Shown here: one piece after another, positions 1-9,761 of the stretch
Layout: the number at the start of each line of letters is the position of its first letter
Position numbering within the stretch: the first letter of the stretch is position 1
Origin: an uncultured Halobacteriales archaeon
GTDB lineage: Archaea; Halobacteriota; Halobacteria; Halobacteriales; SKSH01
Direction: 5' to 3'
Assembly (NCBI GenBank): GCA_964639975.1
Contig: CAZXER010000002.1
Location: 39,135-103,134 of the forward strand
DNA: 64,000 bases
Position numbers and translations under genes: made by a program
The notes under the pieces: model-generated
Database searches by the model: none
What the model was told of the DNA's origin: nothing
The model's input: the letters and a program-made list of their open reading frames with translations, nothing else

Positions 1-372
1 ATCGGGATCGCGACCGAGGATCTCGATAGCCTCGTAGCGCGGTATACCTCGATTTTCGACGTCGATCCCGTCCACGAGGAGTCGTTGCAACAGCTCCGGG
101 TCGTGTTCCTCTCACTTGAGACGGGATACTTCGAACTCCTCGAACCACTCACCGACGACGGCCCAATCGCAAGCTACCTCGACAACGGGGATACGGCCAT
201 ACATCACGTGGCACTGTCCGTACCTGATATCGAGACGGCCCTTGAGCGTGCCATCGAGGCCGGTGTTCGCCCGATCGATGAGGAACCGCGCGCAGGCGCG
301 TGGGGGCACGAGGTCGCCTTCCTTTCACCAGGCGATACTGGCGGGATGCTCGTCGAATTCGTTCAGGAGTGA
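1..372 (+). CDS. VOC/glyoxalase-fold protein, probable methylmalonyl-CoA epimerase (5' end cut by window edge)
   Basis: Frame +1 is open from nt 1 (IGIATEDLDSLVARY...). The ORF-track Met at 85 is an internal TTG. HHVALSVPD...GGMLVEFVQE resembles VOC-family epimerases. Confidence 0.7.
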   Translation: MGIATEDLDSLVARYTSIFDVDPVHEESLQQLRVVFLSLETGYFELLEPLTDDGPIASYLDNGDTAIHHVALSVPDIETALERAIEAGVRPIDEEPRAGAWGHEVAFLSPGDTGGMLVEFVQE

Positions 373-373
373 G

Positions 374-1072
374 CTATTCCTCCCACGGTGGGAGTTCAAA
401 CTCCTCCGCTGTGGTAACAACATAATCCGCCTCGATGGCTGCCGGTTCTGTGCCGCCGAACTGCCACTCGGGATGGGGAAACCAGATAGAAGCAAGCCCT
501 GCGCGGTTTGCCCCTGCAATGTCTTGCTCGAGCGAATCGCCGATGTGAACCGATCGATCTGGTGAGGACCCGACCGCGTCGAGGGCTGCATAGAACGGTG
601 TCGGGTCCGGTTTTCTCGGGTACGAACCACCGCCGTAGATGATTTCTTCGACCGCTTGAAGGAGATCAAGCTGCTCGAGCTTTGCCCGTTGGGCATCGGG
701 GAGTCCATTCGTCACCACCACGATATCGTACTCTCGGTTGAAGCGCTCGAAGACCGGCTTCATACCGTCTCGCCAGATCACCCCTGGAGGATCTCGTTTT
801 CGGTTGTATTCCTCAGCCACGGCTTCACCGAGGGTTTCCTCGTACCCGGCAGCCTGAGCCAGATGCCTGAATGACCGCCGGCGCAGCGATGGCATGTCTT
901 CGGACGTATCAGCCATCTCGTCGAAAATATCGACGTACTCCTCGACGGTGAATATCGGATCGACTCCGATGGCAGCAAACGCATCTTCCAGTACCTCGCC
1001 CGGGGTTTGTTCGTATCGACAGAGGGTGTTGTCCAGGTCGAATGAGATCGTCTCTATCGGTGGCTTAGCCAT
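374..1072 (-). CDS. HAD-superfamily hydrolase
   Basis: N-terminal FDLDNTL (DxDxT) motif, VVTNG and C-terminal GDSLEQD motifs typical of haloacid dehalogenase-like phosphatases. Confidence 0.8.
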   Translation of the reverse strand: MAKPPIETISFDLDNTLCRYEQTPGEVLEDAFAAIGVDPIFTVEEYVDIFDEMADTSEDMPSLRRRSFRHLAQAAGYEETLGEAVAEEYNRKRDPPGVIWRDGMKPVFERFNREYDIVVVTNGLPDAQRAKLEQLDLLQAVEEIIYGGGSYPRKPDPTPFYAALDAVGSSPDRSVHIGDSLEQDIAGANRAGLASIWFPHPEWQFGGTEPAAIEADYVVTTAEEFELPPWEE

Positions 1073-1111
1073 CGGTACTTCTGTGTTTCCGCGATGTCGA
1101 TATCCCCTGAC

Positions 1112-1759
1112 TCATCCGTAGCTTTCGATCATCGCTGTGTCGATGTCTTCTCCACCATCCTCGATCGCTTCGCTCGCAAGTTCGACGAAGGGACGGAACC
1201 CGAACACGAACGGGGTCCCCGTCGGCAATTTCGATTGCAACCGATGTACACCGTGTTTAAATCCGGTTTCGGTGGTGGTCACGTAGACCGGGTGATCGTT
1301 GCTGGCGAGTGACGAAAACCGGGACTGGTGGCTGAGCGCACCGGGCTCGACGTATGCAACGATTCCCGCGTCGTATCCCTGCTCGATAGCCCGCTCGACG
1401 ACACCCAGACCGGCACCAACTCCAGGTCCGCCAACAAGCACCCTGACCGCACCATCGTCATCGTAATAAATCTCTCCGAACGGGCCTTCTAGTGTCAACT
1501 CATCACCTGATCTCCTCCCACCCAACCACGTGGAGAACGCACCGTCTGGCTCGATCCCAATCGTGAGCTCAAAGGTGTCATCAGTACGCGGGGACGATAT
1601 CGTGTAGTGGCGAGCGTACTCCTCGCCATCGATGGTAGCACGGAGCAGGACGAACTGTCCCGGATAGCCTTCGAATCCATCCGGGGTGTCTACCTCGATT
1701 GCAACCGTGTCTGGACCTACGGGCAAAATCGACCGGATCGGCACCGACCGACGTTCCAT
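1112..1759 (-). CDS. FNR/PyrK-like FAD/NAD(P)-binding oxidoreductase
   Basis: Trimmed to ATG at 1759 (MERRSVPIRSI...). RHYTIS (RxYS/T FAD motif) and GGPGVGAG nucleotide-binding loop as in ferredoxin-reductase-type proteins. Confidence 0.7.
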   Translation of the reverse strand: MERRSVPIRSILPVGPDTVAIEVDTPDGFEGYPGQFVLLRATIDGEEYARHYTISSPRTDDTFELTIGIEPDGAFSTWLGGRRSGDELTLEGPFGEIYYDDDGAVRVLVGGPGVGAGLGVVERAIEQGYDAGIVAYVEPGALSHQSRFSSLASNDHPVYVTTTETGFKHGVHRLQSKLPTGTPFVFGFRPFVELASEAIEDGGEDIDTAMIESYG

Positions 1760-1961
1760 ACATCTTTTCGATGATGGTTCGCGTAATGGTTTGCGATACG
1801 AATCTCTCGGGGGCAAACCTATGTAGTGGGCCCTGCTAGCTGGCACTCGTCGATGTTGCCACGTCTGGCGGGTTACCGTGCAGAAGTTCATCGGACGGGA
1901 TTACGATTGCGTTAACTAACTCGAGTCCAGATTACCAACTACCACCCGAATCATACTGATC

Positions 1962-2723
1962 ATGATCCTTCTGCTATCGTTTATCTTTTCGGCCATCAAA
2001 GCCGATCTGTCATTCCTTCACGAAAGCTGGATGGGGTTGTTCTTCCCCCATCAACACGGGGGTGGTCATCCTGTCCTCGGTCGATACCGGCCACAAACAC
2101 GACCGAAACTATTCGCCTATTATGCGTGGGCAATCCTCGGGATACCGGCTGTTATTCTACTGTACCCATTCGTCTTGATCGGGTTTGCGATCCGGTTAAC
2201 TACGATCAGATTGAGCCGGACCGCAGCCAGACTTGGAATCATCGGGGTAGTGATATTTGTCGGAGTTGTCTGGGGCTTGCTTGCCGTCCTCGCCTTTTTC
2301 CAACTGACAACGACCGAGTTCTTCGCGGTCGCGACGGCGGCGGTTGTCGCGACGATATCTGCTGGGATCGCGGTCCTCGGTCACGATTTCGGTGGCAGAG
2401 GACTGACGGTAGCAATCGCGTATCCAGCCAGTGTCACGGCGATTTTCCTCCCCCCGATCGTGGCAGCGTTGATCTGGGAGCCACTTGGTAATATCATACT
2501 ACCTGGCAGCGAGGCGTTGGCCGTCTGGATCCTCGACGAGATCCTGTTCGTATACGACGTCAATGATCTGATCCGTTCGAGCTTCAATTTAGAAGGTGCT
2601 GGCTTTCTCGGAATGTGGTTGGCAATATCGTTGCTCGTCGGATGGATGCTCGGGATCTTGGTGACCTTAGCAGATGAGGTACGCCCGAGAGAGCCCGACA
2701 ACGCGGACCCGTATGCTCGATAG
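1962..2723 (+). CDS. multi-pass integral membrane protein, function unknown
   Basis: Several long hydrophobic segments (AWAILGIPAVILLYPFVLIGFAI, IIGVVIFVGVVWGLLAVLAFF, FLGMWLAISLLVGWMLGILV). No family recognised. Confidence 0.6.
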   Translation: MILLLSFIFSAIKADLSFLHESWMGLFFPHQHGGGHPVLGRYRPQTRPKLFAYYAWAILGIPAVILLYPFVLIGFAIRLTTIRLSRTAARLGIIGVVIFVGVVWGLLAVLAFFQLTTTEFFAVATAAVVATISAGIAVLGHDFGGRGLTVAIAYPASVTAIFLPPIVAALIWEPLGNIILPGSEALAVWILDEILFVYDVNDLIRSSFNLEGAGFLGMWLAISLLVGWMLGILVTLADEVRPREPDNADPYAR

Positions 2724-2804
2724 CTCAGTGGCTCTGGCTGGTTGGGTGCTGCCTTCACAGGTGCTCTTTTGTCGCTGATCTCGATAGAAAAGAACTACCG
2801 GTGA

Positions 2805-3410
2805 TCAACTGCCACTGATGAACTGATTATCTCGCCAGTCGACCGCCGAATGGGCTTGCTCTGCTTCCCCGGGTTCCTCGACGACCTCGATTTTACTCGG
2901 TTGCTCCTCGCCATCGACGATGCGTGTGGCGACGAGTTCGCCCTCGGTTGCGGTGATCGCAGTAAGGGCACCCCGTTCCGCCTTGAGAGCGATCCCAGTC
3001 AAGACGGCGAACATCTCATACTGCAGGGTGGAGTTCTGCAACACCGTCTCACGGTCGCCCTTGAACGCCGCATATTCGATGAGCTTGGATTCGATTTCCT
3101 CCTCCTCGTCGTCCTGGCTTCCCCAGGTGGGTGACGGTTCGAGTTCGCGAACGTACTCGTCCGTTTCTTCATCGAGGTAGACTCGGTTCTCGGTGATGGT
3201 TGCCTTGAGCTGGGCAGCCGGCGTGTACTTGCTGATCGATTCATCGGTCGGAACAGCTCGGAGAATCAACGTATTGTTCCGACGTGTCACTTCGATATCT
3301 TCGATACCGGCCGGTAACTCGACGACATCGAGGAAGTCATGCACGTCCTCAAGCGGGAGTTCGAGTGTTGAGTGAACACGGAATACGTAGTTGAATTCGG
3401 CCTGTTCCAT
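2805..3410 (-). CDS. acidic cytoplasmic protein, function unknown
   Basis: 201-aa ORF with haloarchaeal acidic composition (DDEEEEIE tract) and an ATG start at 3410. No family recognised from sequence. Confidence 0.6.
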   Translation of the reverse strand: MEQAEFNYVFRVHSTLELPLEDVHDFLDVVELPAGIEDIEVTRRNNTLILRAVPTDESISKYTPAAQLKATITENRVYLDEETDEYVRELEPSPTWGSQDDEEEEIESKLIEYAAFKGDRETVLQNSTLQYEMFAVLTGIALKAERGALTAITATEGELVATRIVDGEEQPSKIEVVEEPGEAEQAHSAVDWRDNQFISGS

Positions 3411-3497
3411 GGTTCGACGCAGCTAGCCCAGTAGGCGCCTTGGGGTTACGTAGGTTACCGCCCGTTAAATGGACTACTATTCACTACGCTGTCAACA

Positions 3498-3830
3498 TCA
3501 CCAGTCCGTCGGTGCCCCGGCAAGTGGGTCGCGAATGGGTTCGGTCTCGATGCTCTTTGGATAGACGTTAAGCTGCAGTTTGAGGTCAGAAGCCGGTCTC
3601 GCCATACAGGTGAGGGCGAAGGTTCCCGATTCTTCGTCGGTGAGTCCGCGTGCAGCGGGTTGTACAACGGATCCCTCGATGATCTCGGCACAACACGCGA
3701 GACACATTCCGACCCGACAGGAGTACTCACTCACGAGCCCTTCGTCCAAACATCGGCTCAATATCGTCTCCGTTTCGGCGACCTCGAGGCGTTCGCCCAA
3801 ACCGATAAATTCGACGGTATGGGTCGTCAT
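3498..3830 (-). CDS. plant-type [2Fe-2S] ferredoxin
   Basis: Trimmed to ATG 3830 (MTTHTVEF...). CRVGMCLACC (C-x4-C-x2-C) plus distal ALTC cysteine. Confidence 0.85.
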   Translation of the reverse strand: MTTHTVEFIGLGERLEVAETETILSRCLDEGLVSEYSCRVGMCLACCAEIIEGSVVQPAARGLTDEESGTFALTCMARPASDLKLQLNVYPKSIETEPIRDPLAGAPTDW

Positions 3831-3926
3831 TTGGTGTGGATTTGCAGGTAGTGGGCAAAAGGTTTCCCACACATGACGCTGGGTCGACCGGAAAACGTTA
3901 ACCCACTCGGCCCACCAACCAGCGGT

Positions 3927-5294
3927 ATGACGACTCTGACCTATGATGTCGTGGTTGTGGGAGCCGGGACTGGCGGTTCATTCGCCGCGGCTCGGCTCGC
4001 TGGTGAGGGGCTTGACGTGGTCATGCTTGAGCGCAAGAGCGAGGACCAAGCCGGACATATCGCCTGTGGTGATGCGCTGAAGGGGGCCGATGCCTTCCCT
4101 GACTCGATACCCAACTCACGCCTCGAATCGGCGGTAACCAACTCCGAGGTAGACCATGGACGGTTTGAAATCCCCCAGGAAAACACCGTCCTTGAGATCC
4201 CAGTTCCCGGTGAATTGGCCGTCGTTGACCGATGGAAGTACGGCAAGATCATCATCCAGGGAGCGATCGACGCTGGCGCGGATATCCATTACAACACGAT
4301 CGTTCAGGATGTCGTCCAAGAGAACGGACGGGTCACCGGCGTTCGGGCCACCCGCGATGGGACGCCCTCCACGTATGAAGCAGACCTCGTGATCGATGCC
4401 GCCGGAGCAATGTCCATCCTACAGGATGCCGTCGACTTCACTGGAACCAACTTCGATACGAACGTGACCTTCCAGCAATTTTGCTCTGCCTATCGCGAGA
4501 TCGTGGAGGTCCCCGAACCGGTTCCATGGGATGATGCGTTGGTGTTCAAACCCACGCAACGTGCTGCGGGCTATCTCTGGTACTTCCCACGGACTGATCG
4601 GATCATCAATGTGGGACTGGGCTTCCAGATGACTGAAGAACCGATGACGATGGTCGACACCCTCACACGAGATATCAACCATCGTGCCGAATTCGATGGA
4701 GCCGAAGTCATCAACAAACGCGGCGCGGCCTTGCCGACACGGCGCCCGTATGATTCCGCAGTCGCTCCGGGATTCATGGCAGTAGGCGATGCAGCGGGTC
4801 ACGTCAATCCGACCACCGGCGGCGGGATGGCCGGGGCGGCATATGCTGCTGATTACGCAGCCAAAGTCGGACTCGAAGCCATCGATGATGGCGATGTCTC
4901 CGAAGCTGCGCTCTGGGAGTACAACAACCGAGTCATGGAACACTTCGGTGGCCGATATGCTGCCCTCGATGTGTACAACATCTTGTCAACTGGCGCCGAT
5001 CTGGACGAGCTCATGAGCTTGCTCGCTTCCATGCCTGGTGAGAAACTGGCCGAGGCGCTCTACTCAGGCAGCACCAATATCGGCCTGGGACTCAAGCTCA
5101 AAACTGCAATCCGAACACTTGGACACTGGGGGACGATCTACGGCTTGATCAAGACGAAACGGCTGGCTGATCGGCTACTTGATCACTACGAGGACTACCC
5201 GTCCTCGCCCAGGGAGTTTGCCAACTGGCAATCAACCCGGGACGCCCTCATGGACGAGATCTATGGGGTCACCGGGGCCGATCCGAAGTACTAA
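3927..5294 (+). CDS. geranylgeranyl reductase family flavoprotein (probable digeranylgeranylglycerophospholipid reductase)
   Basis: Trimmed to ATG 3927 (MTTLTYDVVVVGAGTGGS, FAD dinucleotide-binding fold). CGDA and GDAAGHVNPTTGGG motifs typical of GGR. Confidence 0.85.
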   Translation: MTTLTYDVVVVGAGTGGSFAAARLAGEGLDVVMLERKSEDQAGHIACGDALKGADAFPDSIPNSRLESAVTNSEVDHGRFEIPQENTVLEIPVPGELAVVDRWKYGKIIIQGAIDAGADIHYNTIVQDVVQENGRVTGVRATRDGTPSTYEADLVIDAAGAMSILQDAVDFTGTNFDTNVTFQQFCSAYREIVEVPEPVPWDDALVFKPTQRAAGYLWYFPRTDRIINVGLGFQMTEEPMTMVDTLTRDINHRAEFDGAEVINKRGAALPTRRPYDSAVAPGFMAVGDAAGHVNPTTGGGMAGAAYAADYAAKVGLEAIDDGDVSEAALWEYNNRVMEHFGGRYAALDVYNILSTGADLDELMSLLASMPGEKLAEALYSGSTNIGLGLKLKTAIRTLGHWGTIYGLIKTKRLADRLLDHYEDYPSSPREFANWQSTRDALMDEIYGVTGADPKY

Positions 5295-5620
5295 CGGTTC
5301 GATCCCATCGCTTCTACCTGATCGACCGTCAGAGATACTGCGACACTCTCGGGCAGCGATTCTGCCGCGAGCCGGCGGGCAACTTCGTTGTGGCCTGAGA
5401 CGATCAATTCCCGGCGAAAGACCTCGTACTCCCAGGTTTCGAACCGATCTGACCCCTCTAGCCGTTTGAACAGGGGCACCGATATCGTCTGGGAGGGTTT
5501 TGTGTGGGGTCCGGTGATCTCGGCCCCTTTTGATTCGGCAATAGAGCGCAACGAAGTCACGGCTACCTCTAGTGCGGTTCTATCGCCACTGGTCAACACG
5601 AGTGTGGTACGATACGGCAT
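5291..5620 (-). CDS. ribosomal protein uS10-like paralogue
   Basis: 109 aa. TTLVLTSGDRTALEVAV...AEITGPHTKP...FETWEYEVFRRELIV follows the S10 fold pattern but lies outside any ribosomal operon. Confidence 0.65.
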   Translation of the reverse strand: MPYRTTLVLTSGDRTALEVAVTSLRSIAESKGAEITGPHTKPSQTISVPLFKRLEGSDRFETWEYEVFRRELIVSGHNEVARRLAAESLPESVAVSLTVDQVEAMGSNR

Positions 5621-5738
5621 CAGGCCCTACGGCCAAGTATTCCCCGGGAAGGGTTAAGAACGCTCGCCTCATTCGACGTGTGCCATGGTGTCGATCCACC
5701 CGATAGCCACTTATTACCGCATTTCCTAAGCTTCATTA

Positions 5739-6167
5739 ATGGCAGTCGAGGCGGTCAGCGCCGGCGCCATCGTCTACCGCAACACGGGGGACGTGCGCCA
5801 ATACTTGCTGTTGAAAAGCCGCCCAGGGGATTGGGAGTTCCCCAAAGGCGGTGTCGAAGGCGAGGAGGAGCTGCAGCAAACGGCGATTAGAGAGGTGAAA
5901 GAGGAGGCTGGTATCGAACGATTCCGACTCCTTGACGGTTTCAGGCAGGATTACGATTACGTCTTCCAAGCCAATGGTCGGACGATATACAAGACCGTCC
6001 ACCTTTTCATTGCCAAAGCGTACGATCCAGACGTCGAGATCTCATCCGAGCATCACGATCTCCAGTGGCGAGATTATGAAGAGGCGCTGAATACGATCAC
6101 CCAAGACGGCCCCAGAGAGGTCTTCCGCGACGCCCACGACTTCATCGTGAATGAAGTTGAACACTAA
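5739..6167 (+). CDS. Nudix hydrolase (Ap4A-hydrolase-like)
   Basis: Nudix box GEWEFPKGGVEGEEELQQTAIREVKEEAGI. TATA-like CTTATTA about 27 nt upstream of the ATG. Confidence 0.85.
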   Translation: MAVEAVSAGAIVYRNTGDVRQYLLLKSRPGDWEFPKGGVEGEEELQQTAIREVKEEAGIERFRLLDGFRQDYDYVFQANGRTIYKTVHLFIAKAYDPDVEISSEHHDLQWRDYEEALNTITQDGPREVFRDAHDFIVNEVEH

Positions 6168-6260
6168 CCACCGATAGCAAGTCGTGGTCGGCCTCGGTGA
6201 GTGGATACACCAACGGACATCCTTGCCCTTAAGAGGAGTCAGCGTAACCGGCTACATCAC

Positions 6261-6575
6261 ATGGAGTTCTGTGAGGAATGTGGATCGATGATGGTCCGAG
6301 AAGATGGCGTCTGGACGTGTACGAGCTGCGGCAATACACAACGAGGGGATGAGGATGCCGTCTACGTTGTCACTGAAGAGCGAGAGGAGCGGGAGATCAC
6401 TGAGATAGAAGACGCGGCCGACAAGGGGCTACCGACGACCGACACCCGCTGTCCTGAATGCGGGAACGACACGGCGTACTGGTACCTCCAACAGATTCGA
6501 TCCGCCGACGAGAGTGAGACGCGATTTTTCATCTGTACCGCATGTGAGCACCGCTGGCGCGAAGACGATCATTGA
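6261..6575 (+). CDS. tfs: transcription factor S (TFS, RNA polymerase M/TFIIS-like)
   Basis: Trimmed to ATG 6261 (MEFCEECGSMM...CTSCGN). C-terminal zinc ribbon RCPECGNDTAYWYLQQIRSADESETRFFICTACEHRW. Confidence 0.9.
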   Translation: MEFCEECGSMMVREDGVWTCTSCGNTQRGDEDAVYVVTEEREEREITEIEDAADKGLPTTDTRCPECGNDTAYWYLQQIRSADESETRFFICTACEHRWREDDH

Positions 6576-6582
6576 GGGACCT

Positions 6583-8016
6583 TCATCCAGCGGTCGCCTG
6601 CTCTGCAGCTCGTTCGAACATACCGGCGTGGACCCGATAGAGGTAGTACAGCGCAAGGCCGATAGCGCCGATGATATTCGAGATCGTCACGGCCCAGAAG
6701 ATGGCCTCGACGCCCCAGCCGAGGCCAGGGGCGATCGAGAACCCGAGTATGCCAAAGGAGACTGTGGTGGGGACGGCTGCGACTGCGATCGGGAAGCGAA
6801 CGCCCCAGTACTTGATGAGGTCTGCAATGAAGCTGGTTCGGGTCCGCTTGGCTCCGTTGAACCCTGCGATCAACAGGTACGATATCCCGATCGCCCAGTA
6901 CGAGAGTGCCAATATTTTGAGATACTGGATGGTGAGTGATCGTCCTTGGGGCGTGAGGTCCGGGACGAGGACATCGACTATCACTCCAGGTACGAACCAC
7001 TGGATTGCACCTAACAGCGTGAGACCGACGGTGGCGATGAGCACGCCGACCATCGTCGTCCGGCTCGCCCGATCGGCTCGATCGGCGCCGAGGTTCTGCC
7101 CGATCATGGCCTGCGCCGCCTGTTGGAGACCGAGCGCGGGGATGAACGCCAACGTGGCCACTCTGGCCCCGACGGTAAACGCTGCGATACCGGCGGCGCC
7201 GGCGGTCACCGACACGAGTCCGATGATCGCCACCCGGACGATATCCTTCGCTCCACGTTGGCCCAACAGTGGCAACCCAACGTCGATGATCTCTCGAACG
7301 TAGCTGAGATCCGGTTTGAGACGAGACCGGTCGAAGGTGAAGGAGTCCCTGAGTCCGAGGGCAAACGCGATCCCGATGAGGAGCGCGACGGCGAACCCAC
7401 TCCCGGAGGCAATCGCTGCGCCCTGGACCCCGAGTGCCGGGAACGGCCCCCAGCCGAAGATAAGGAATGGATCGAGGACGATATTGGTCCCGACCATCCC
7501 GATGTTGATGTACATCGCTGCCACAGAGTCACCCCAGCCGACGAAGGCATTCTCGATCGTATCGCTGACGAACGCGAGCGGATAGAACATCATCAAGGTA
7601 GCGAGATATAGCGAAGCGAGTCGGGCGACGTTCGCCTCTCCAGTCAGCAACGACATGATCGAATCCGCACCAAGGAGGAACGCACCAGAGAAGATGACAC
7701 CGACTCCAAGCGCCAGGAAAGTTCCTGTACTTGCGATGTGACGGGCCTCTCCCGGTGACTCGCCACCAACTCGTTGAGCTACCGGGATTTGGGTCCCGAC
7801 GGCGACCAATACGATGCCGGCGGCCACGATCGAGATCACCGGGAAGTTGAGTCCAACTGCCGCGACCTCGTCTTCACCAAGCCTCCCGAGCCAAAAGGTG
7901 TCGACTATCGCGTTTGCTACATGGACGAGATTCTGTAAAATGAGGGGTGCGGCGAGTATAGCCAGTACGCGAATAATGGAGCCATTAGTTATTTCCTTCG
8001 GCTCTACTCGCCACAT
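6583..8016 (-). CDS. MATE family efflux transporter
   Basis: About 12 predicted TM segments. N-terminal ILAILAAPLILQNLVHVANAIVDTFWLGRLG is MATE-typical. The first in-frame ATG is at 8016 (ORF-track start 8034 is TTG). Confidence 0.85.
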   Translation of the reverse strand: MWRVEPKEITNGSIIRVLAILAAPLILQNLVHVANAIVDTFWLGRLGEDEVAAVGLNFPVISIVAAGIVLVAVGTQIPVAQRVGGESPGEARHIASTGTFLALGVGVIFSGAFLLGADSIMSLLTGEANVARLASLYLATLMMFYPLAFVSDTIENAFVGWGDSVAAMYINIGMVGTNIVLDPFLIFGWGPFPALGVQGAAIASGSGFAVALLIGIAFALGLRDSFTFDRSRLKPDLSYVREIIDVGLPLLGQRGAKDIVRVAIIGLVSVTAGAAGIAAFTVGARVATLAFIPALGLQQAAQAMIGQNLGADRADRASRTTMVGVLIATVGLTLLGAIQWFVPGVIVDVLVPDLTPQGRSLTIQYLKILALSYWAIGISYLLIAGFNGAKRTRTSFIADLIKYWGVRFPIAVAAVPTTVSFGILGFSIAPGLGWGVEAIFWAVTISNIIGAIGLALYYLYRVHAGMFERAAEQATAG

Positions 8017-8088
8017 TGGATAGTATCCATCCAACTGCCTCCCATTTAGATGTTACAGAATCGCCTGAGCGGCTCGAATCTCCGGGAG

Positions 8089-8847
8089 TCACCCGCGCGT
8101 GTCATCTTCGGCAAACCCCTCTGGCTCCGGGCGATGACGAGCAACCGTAATGAATCCGGTGTGACCGACCGGTGTAGTTGACGGACGACTGCCTCGGGAG
8201 CCGAACTCCATCGTTCGATGAAACGGATCATACGATTCGATCTCGGTGAGCGATGCAGCGGTGAGTTCTTCGACGATTGACCGGGCATCCTCGACAAACG
8301 GACTGTAAGCTGCAACGACACCACCTGGACGGAGCACCTCTGGTGATCGAGCGGCGAGTTGGGGGGCGTCGCTGGTATCCAAGGTCATCGCATCGAACGA
8401 GTCATCGAACGAAAGTGCGGTGGCATCGGCCTCTCTCAGCGTCACGTACTCGGAAACCCCCGCATGCGTGATGTTTTCTCGAGCGATTGCCGCCGCCTCT
8501 GCATCTCGTTCGACCGTCGTCACTTCGATGTCGAGTTTCCCGAGGGTGATGGCGAGGATCCCCGTCCCGGTTCCCACATCGAGCACTCGGTCCCCCGCCG
8601 TCATCCCGGCCAGCCCGATGATGAGTCCGATGTCCCGCGATAGCATCGGTGCGCCAGCCCGGTCGAGGTGATCACAGAAGTCAGTCGGGCGCGGTTCGAG
8701 AACGAGGAACTGGTCACCGAGATGACTCGAGACGGTCTCACCTGGCGTGAGTTCTTCAGTCACCTCGATGATCCCGAGATCCGTCTCCAAGCGCTCGCCC
8801 GGTTCGACCAGATAGGCCCTGTCAGGACGCCACAGCAACAGGCTCAC
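8089..8847 (-). CDS. trmI: tRNA (adenine-N1)-methyltransferase TrmI/Gcd14 family
   Basis: N-terminal beta-domain, then SAM motif [13 protein letters not shown]. The GTG start overlaps the nac stop (GTGA). Confidence 0.8.
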   Translation of the reverse strand: MSLLLWRPDRAYLVEPGERLETDLGIIEVTEELTPGETVSSHLGDQFLVLEPRPTDFCDHLDRAGAPMLSRDIGLIIGLAGMTAGDRVLDVGTGTGILAITLGKLDIEVTTVERDAEAAAIARENITHAGVSEYVTLREADATALSFDDSFDAMTLDTSDAPQLAARSPEVLRPGGVVAAYSPFVEDARSIVEELTAASLTEIESYDPFHRTMEFGSRGSRPSTTPVGHTGFITVARHRPEPEGFAEDDTRG

Positions 8848-9215
8848 TGAAGATCGGCAATAGCGGCGGCGAGGTCGCCGTCGGTGTTTTGGAGTGCATC
8901 GATAGCTTCCTCCTCGCTAACACCAGCTCGTTCCGCCACGATCGCCACATCGTCGTCGGAATATGGTTTCGAGTCCCCGCCCTCCTGCTCTCGAGTGGTC
9001 GGCTCGCCGACTACTTGGTAGGTCGACTGCCCCTGCGCTTCGATCATGCTTACTTGCGGTGAGTCGAAGTATAGTTCCTCATCCTCGGTCCGGATGATGA
9101 CCTCCTCGGCATCAATCTCATCCATCGCCATCCCGAGTTGGTCCATGTCGATGCCCATCTGGCTCATCATCTGCTTCATCTTCCGGGGGTTCATGTCTCC
9201 GCCTCCTCCAAACAT
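8844..9215 (-). CDS. nac: nascent polypeptide-associated complex protein (archaeal NAC alpha)
   Basis: Trimmed to ATG 9215 ([21 protein letters not shown]). NAC domain followed by C-terminal UBA-like [22 protein letters not shown]. Confidence 0.9.
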   Translation of the reverse strand: MFGGGGDMNPRKMKQMMSQMGIDMDQLGMAMDEIDAEEVIIRTEDEELYFDSPQVSMIEAQGQSTYQVVGEPTTREQEGGDSKPYSDDDVAIVAERAGVSEEEAIDALQNTDGDLAAAIADLQ

Positions 9216-9264
9216 ACCTCCATTCTCGACGCGTCGACAAAAATACCTGACGACCACTCCCGTA

Positions 9265-9759
9265 TCACGCTGGTTCACCTTCGAGGTATCCTTCCCTGAT
9301 GGAAACGGCCATCCCACGCTCGAAGTCATCCATCCCGCCTGCTGAAAGTTCTGCACGCCCGATCGCGATCAAGGAGTCCTCGCTATCGACCACGAGAACC
9401 TCGTCGCGGGGTCGAATGGCTGCATCCACGTCGGTGACGAACTTGGCGAAGGCATTGCGGCCGATCCCGACATATGGGACCGCTTCGTCGTCGATGACGA
9501 CCCGATTCCTCGGCAGTTCACAGAGCTGGTGCAGTCGACGACCTCCAGCACCGCCGAGGGTGAGACGTCCGTGAGTCGTGAGGGTACAGAGCCGATCGTC
9601 GCCGGCAAAGACCCGGTCGATCCGCCCGGATCGACTCCGCAACACGTGGAGACCGTTGCTTGCGTCGAGCCAACCGTGGTCGTGCTCTAGCGAGAACTGA
9701 TACCGAGCGATGGTATCAATTGTGTGGCGCTCTGCGGCCGTCAACGGGGGTTTGGCCAT
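9265..9759 (-). CDS. PUA domain protein (pre-PUA domain plus PUA, ArcTGT C-terminal-like)
   Basis: [40 protein letters not shown]...GMAVSIREG is a PUA signature. ATG at 9759, or GTG at 9765 overlapping the upstream stop. Confidence 0.75.
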   Translation of the reverse strand: MAKPPLTAAERHTIDTIARYQFSLEHDHGWLDASNGLHVLRSRSGRIDRVFAGDDRLCTLTTHGRLTLGGAGGRRLHQLCELPRNRVVIDDEAVPYVGIGRNAFAKFVTDVDAAIRPRDEVLVVDSEDSLIAIGRAELSAGGMDDFERGMAVSIREGYLEGEPA

Positions 9760-9761
9760 CG

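Noticed and set aside
8844-9356. Long N-terminal extensions in the ORF track (for example nac to 9356, 21116-21829, rhomboid to 42613, purNH from 12583, folCP from 14337, nusG from 37161, ferredoxin to 3872)
   Set aside because: The extensions run through upstream genes or promoter regions and have non-protein-like composition. Family-typical N-termini begin at internal ATG or GTG codons, often with a TATA-like box 25-32 nt upstream.
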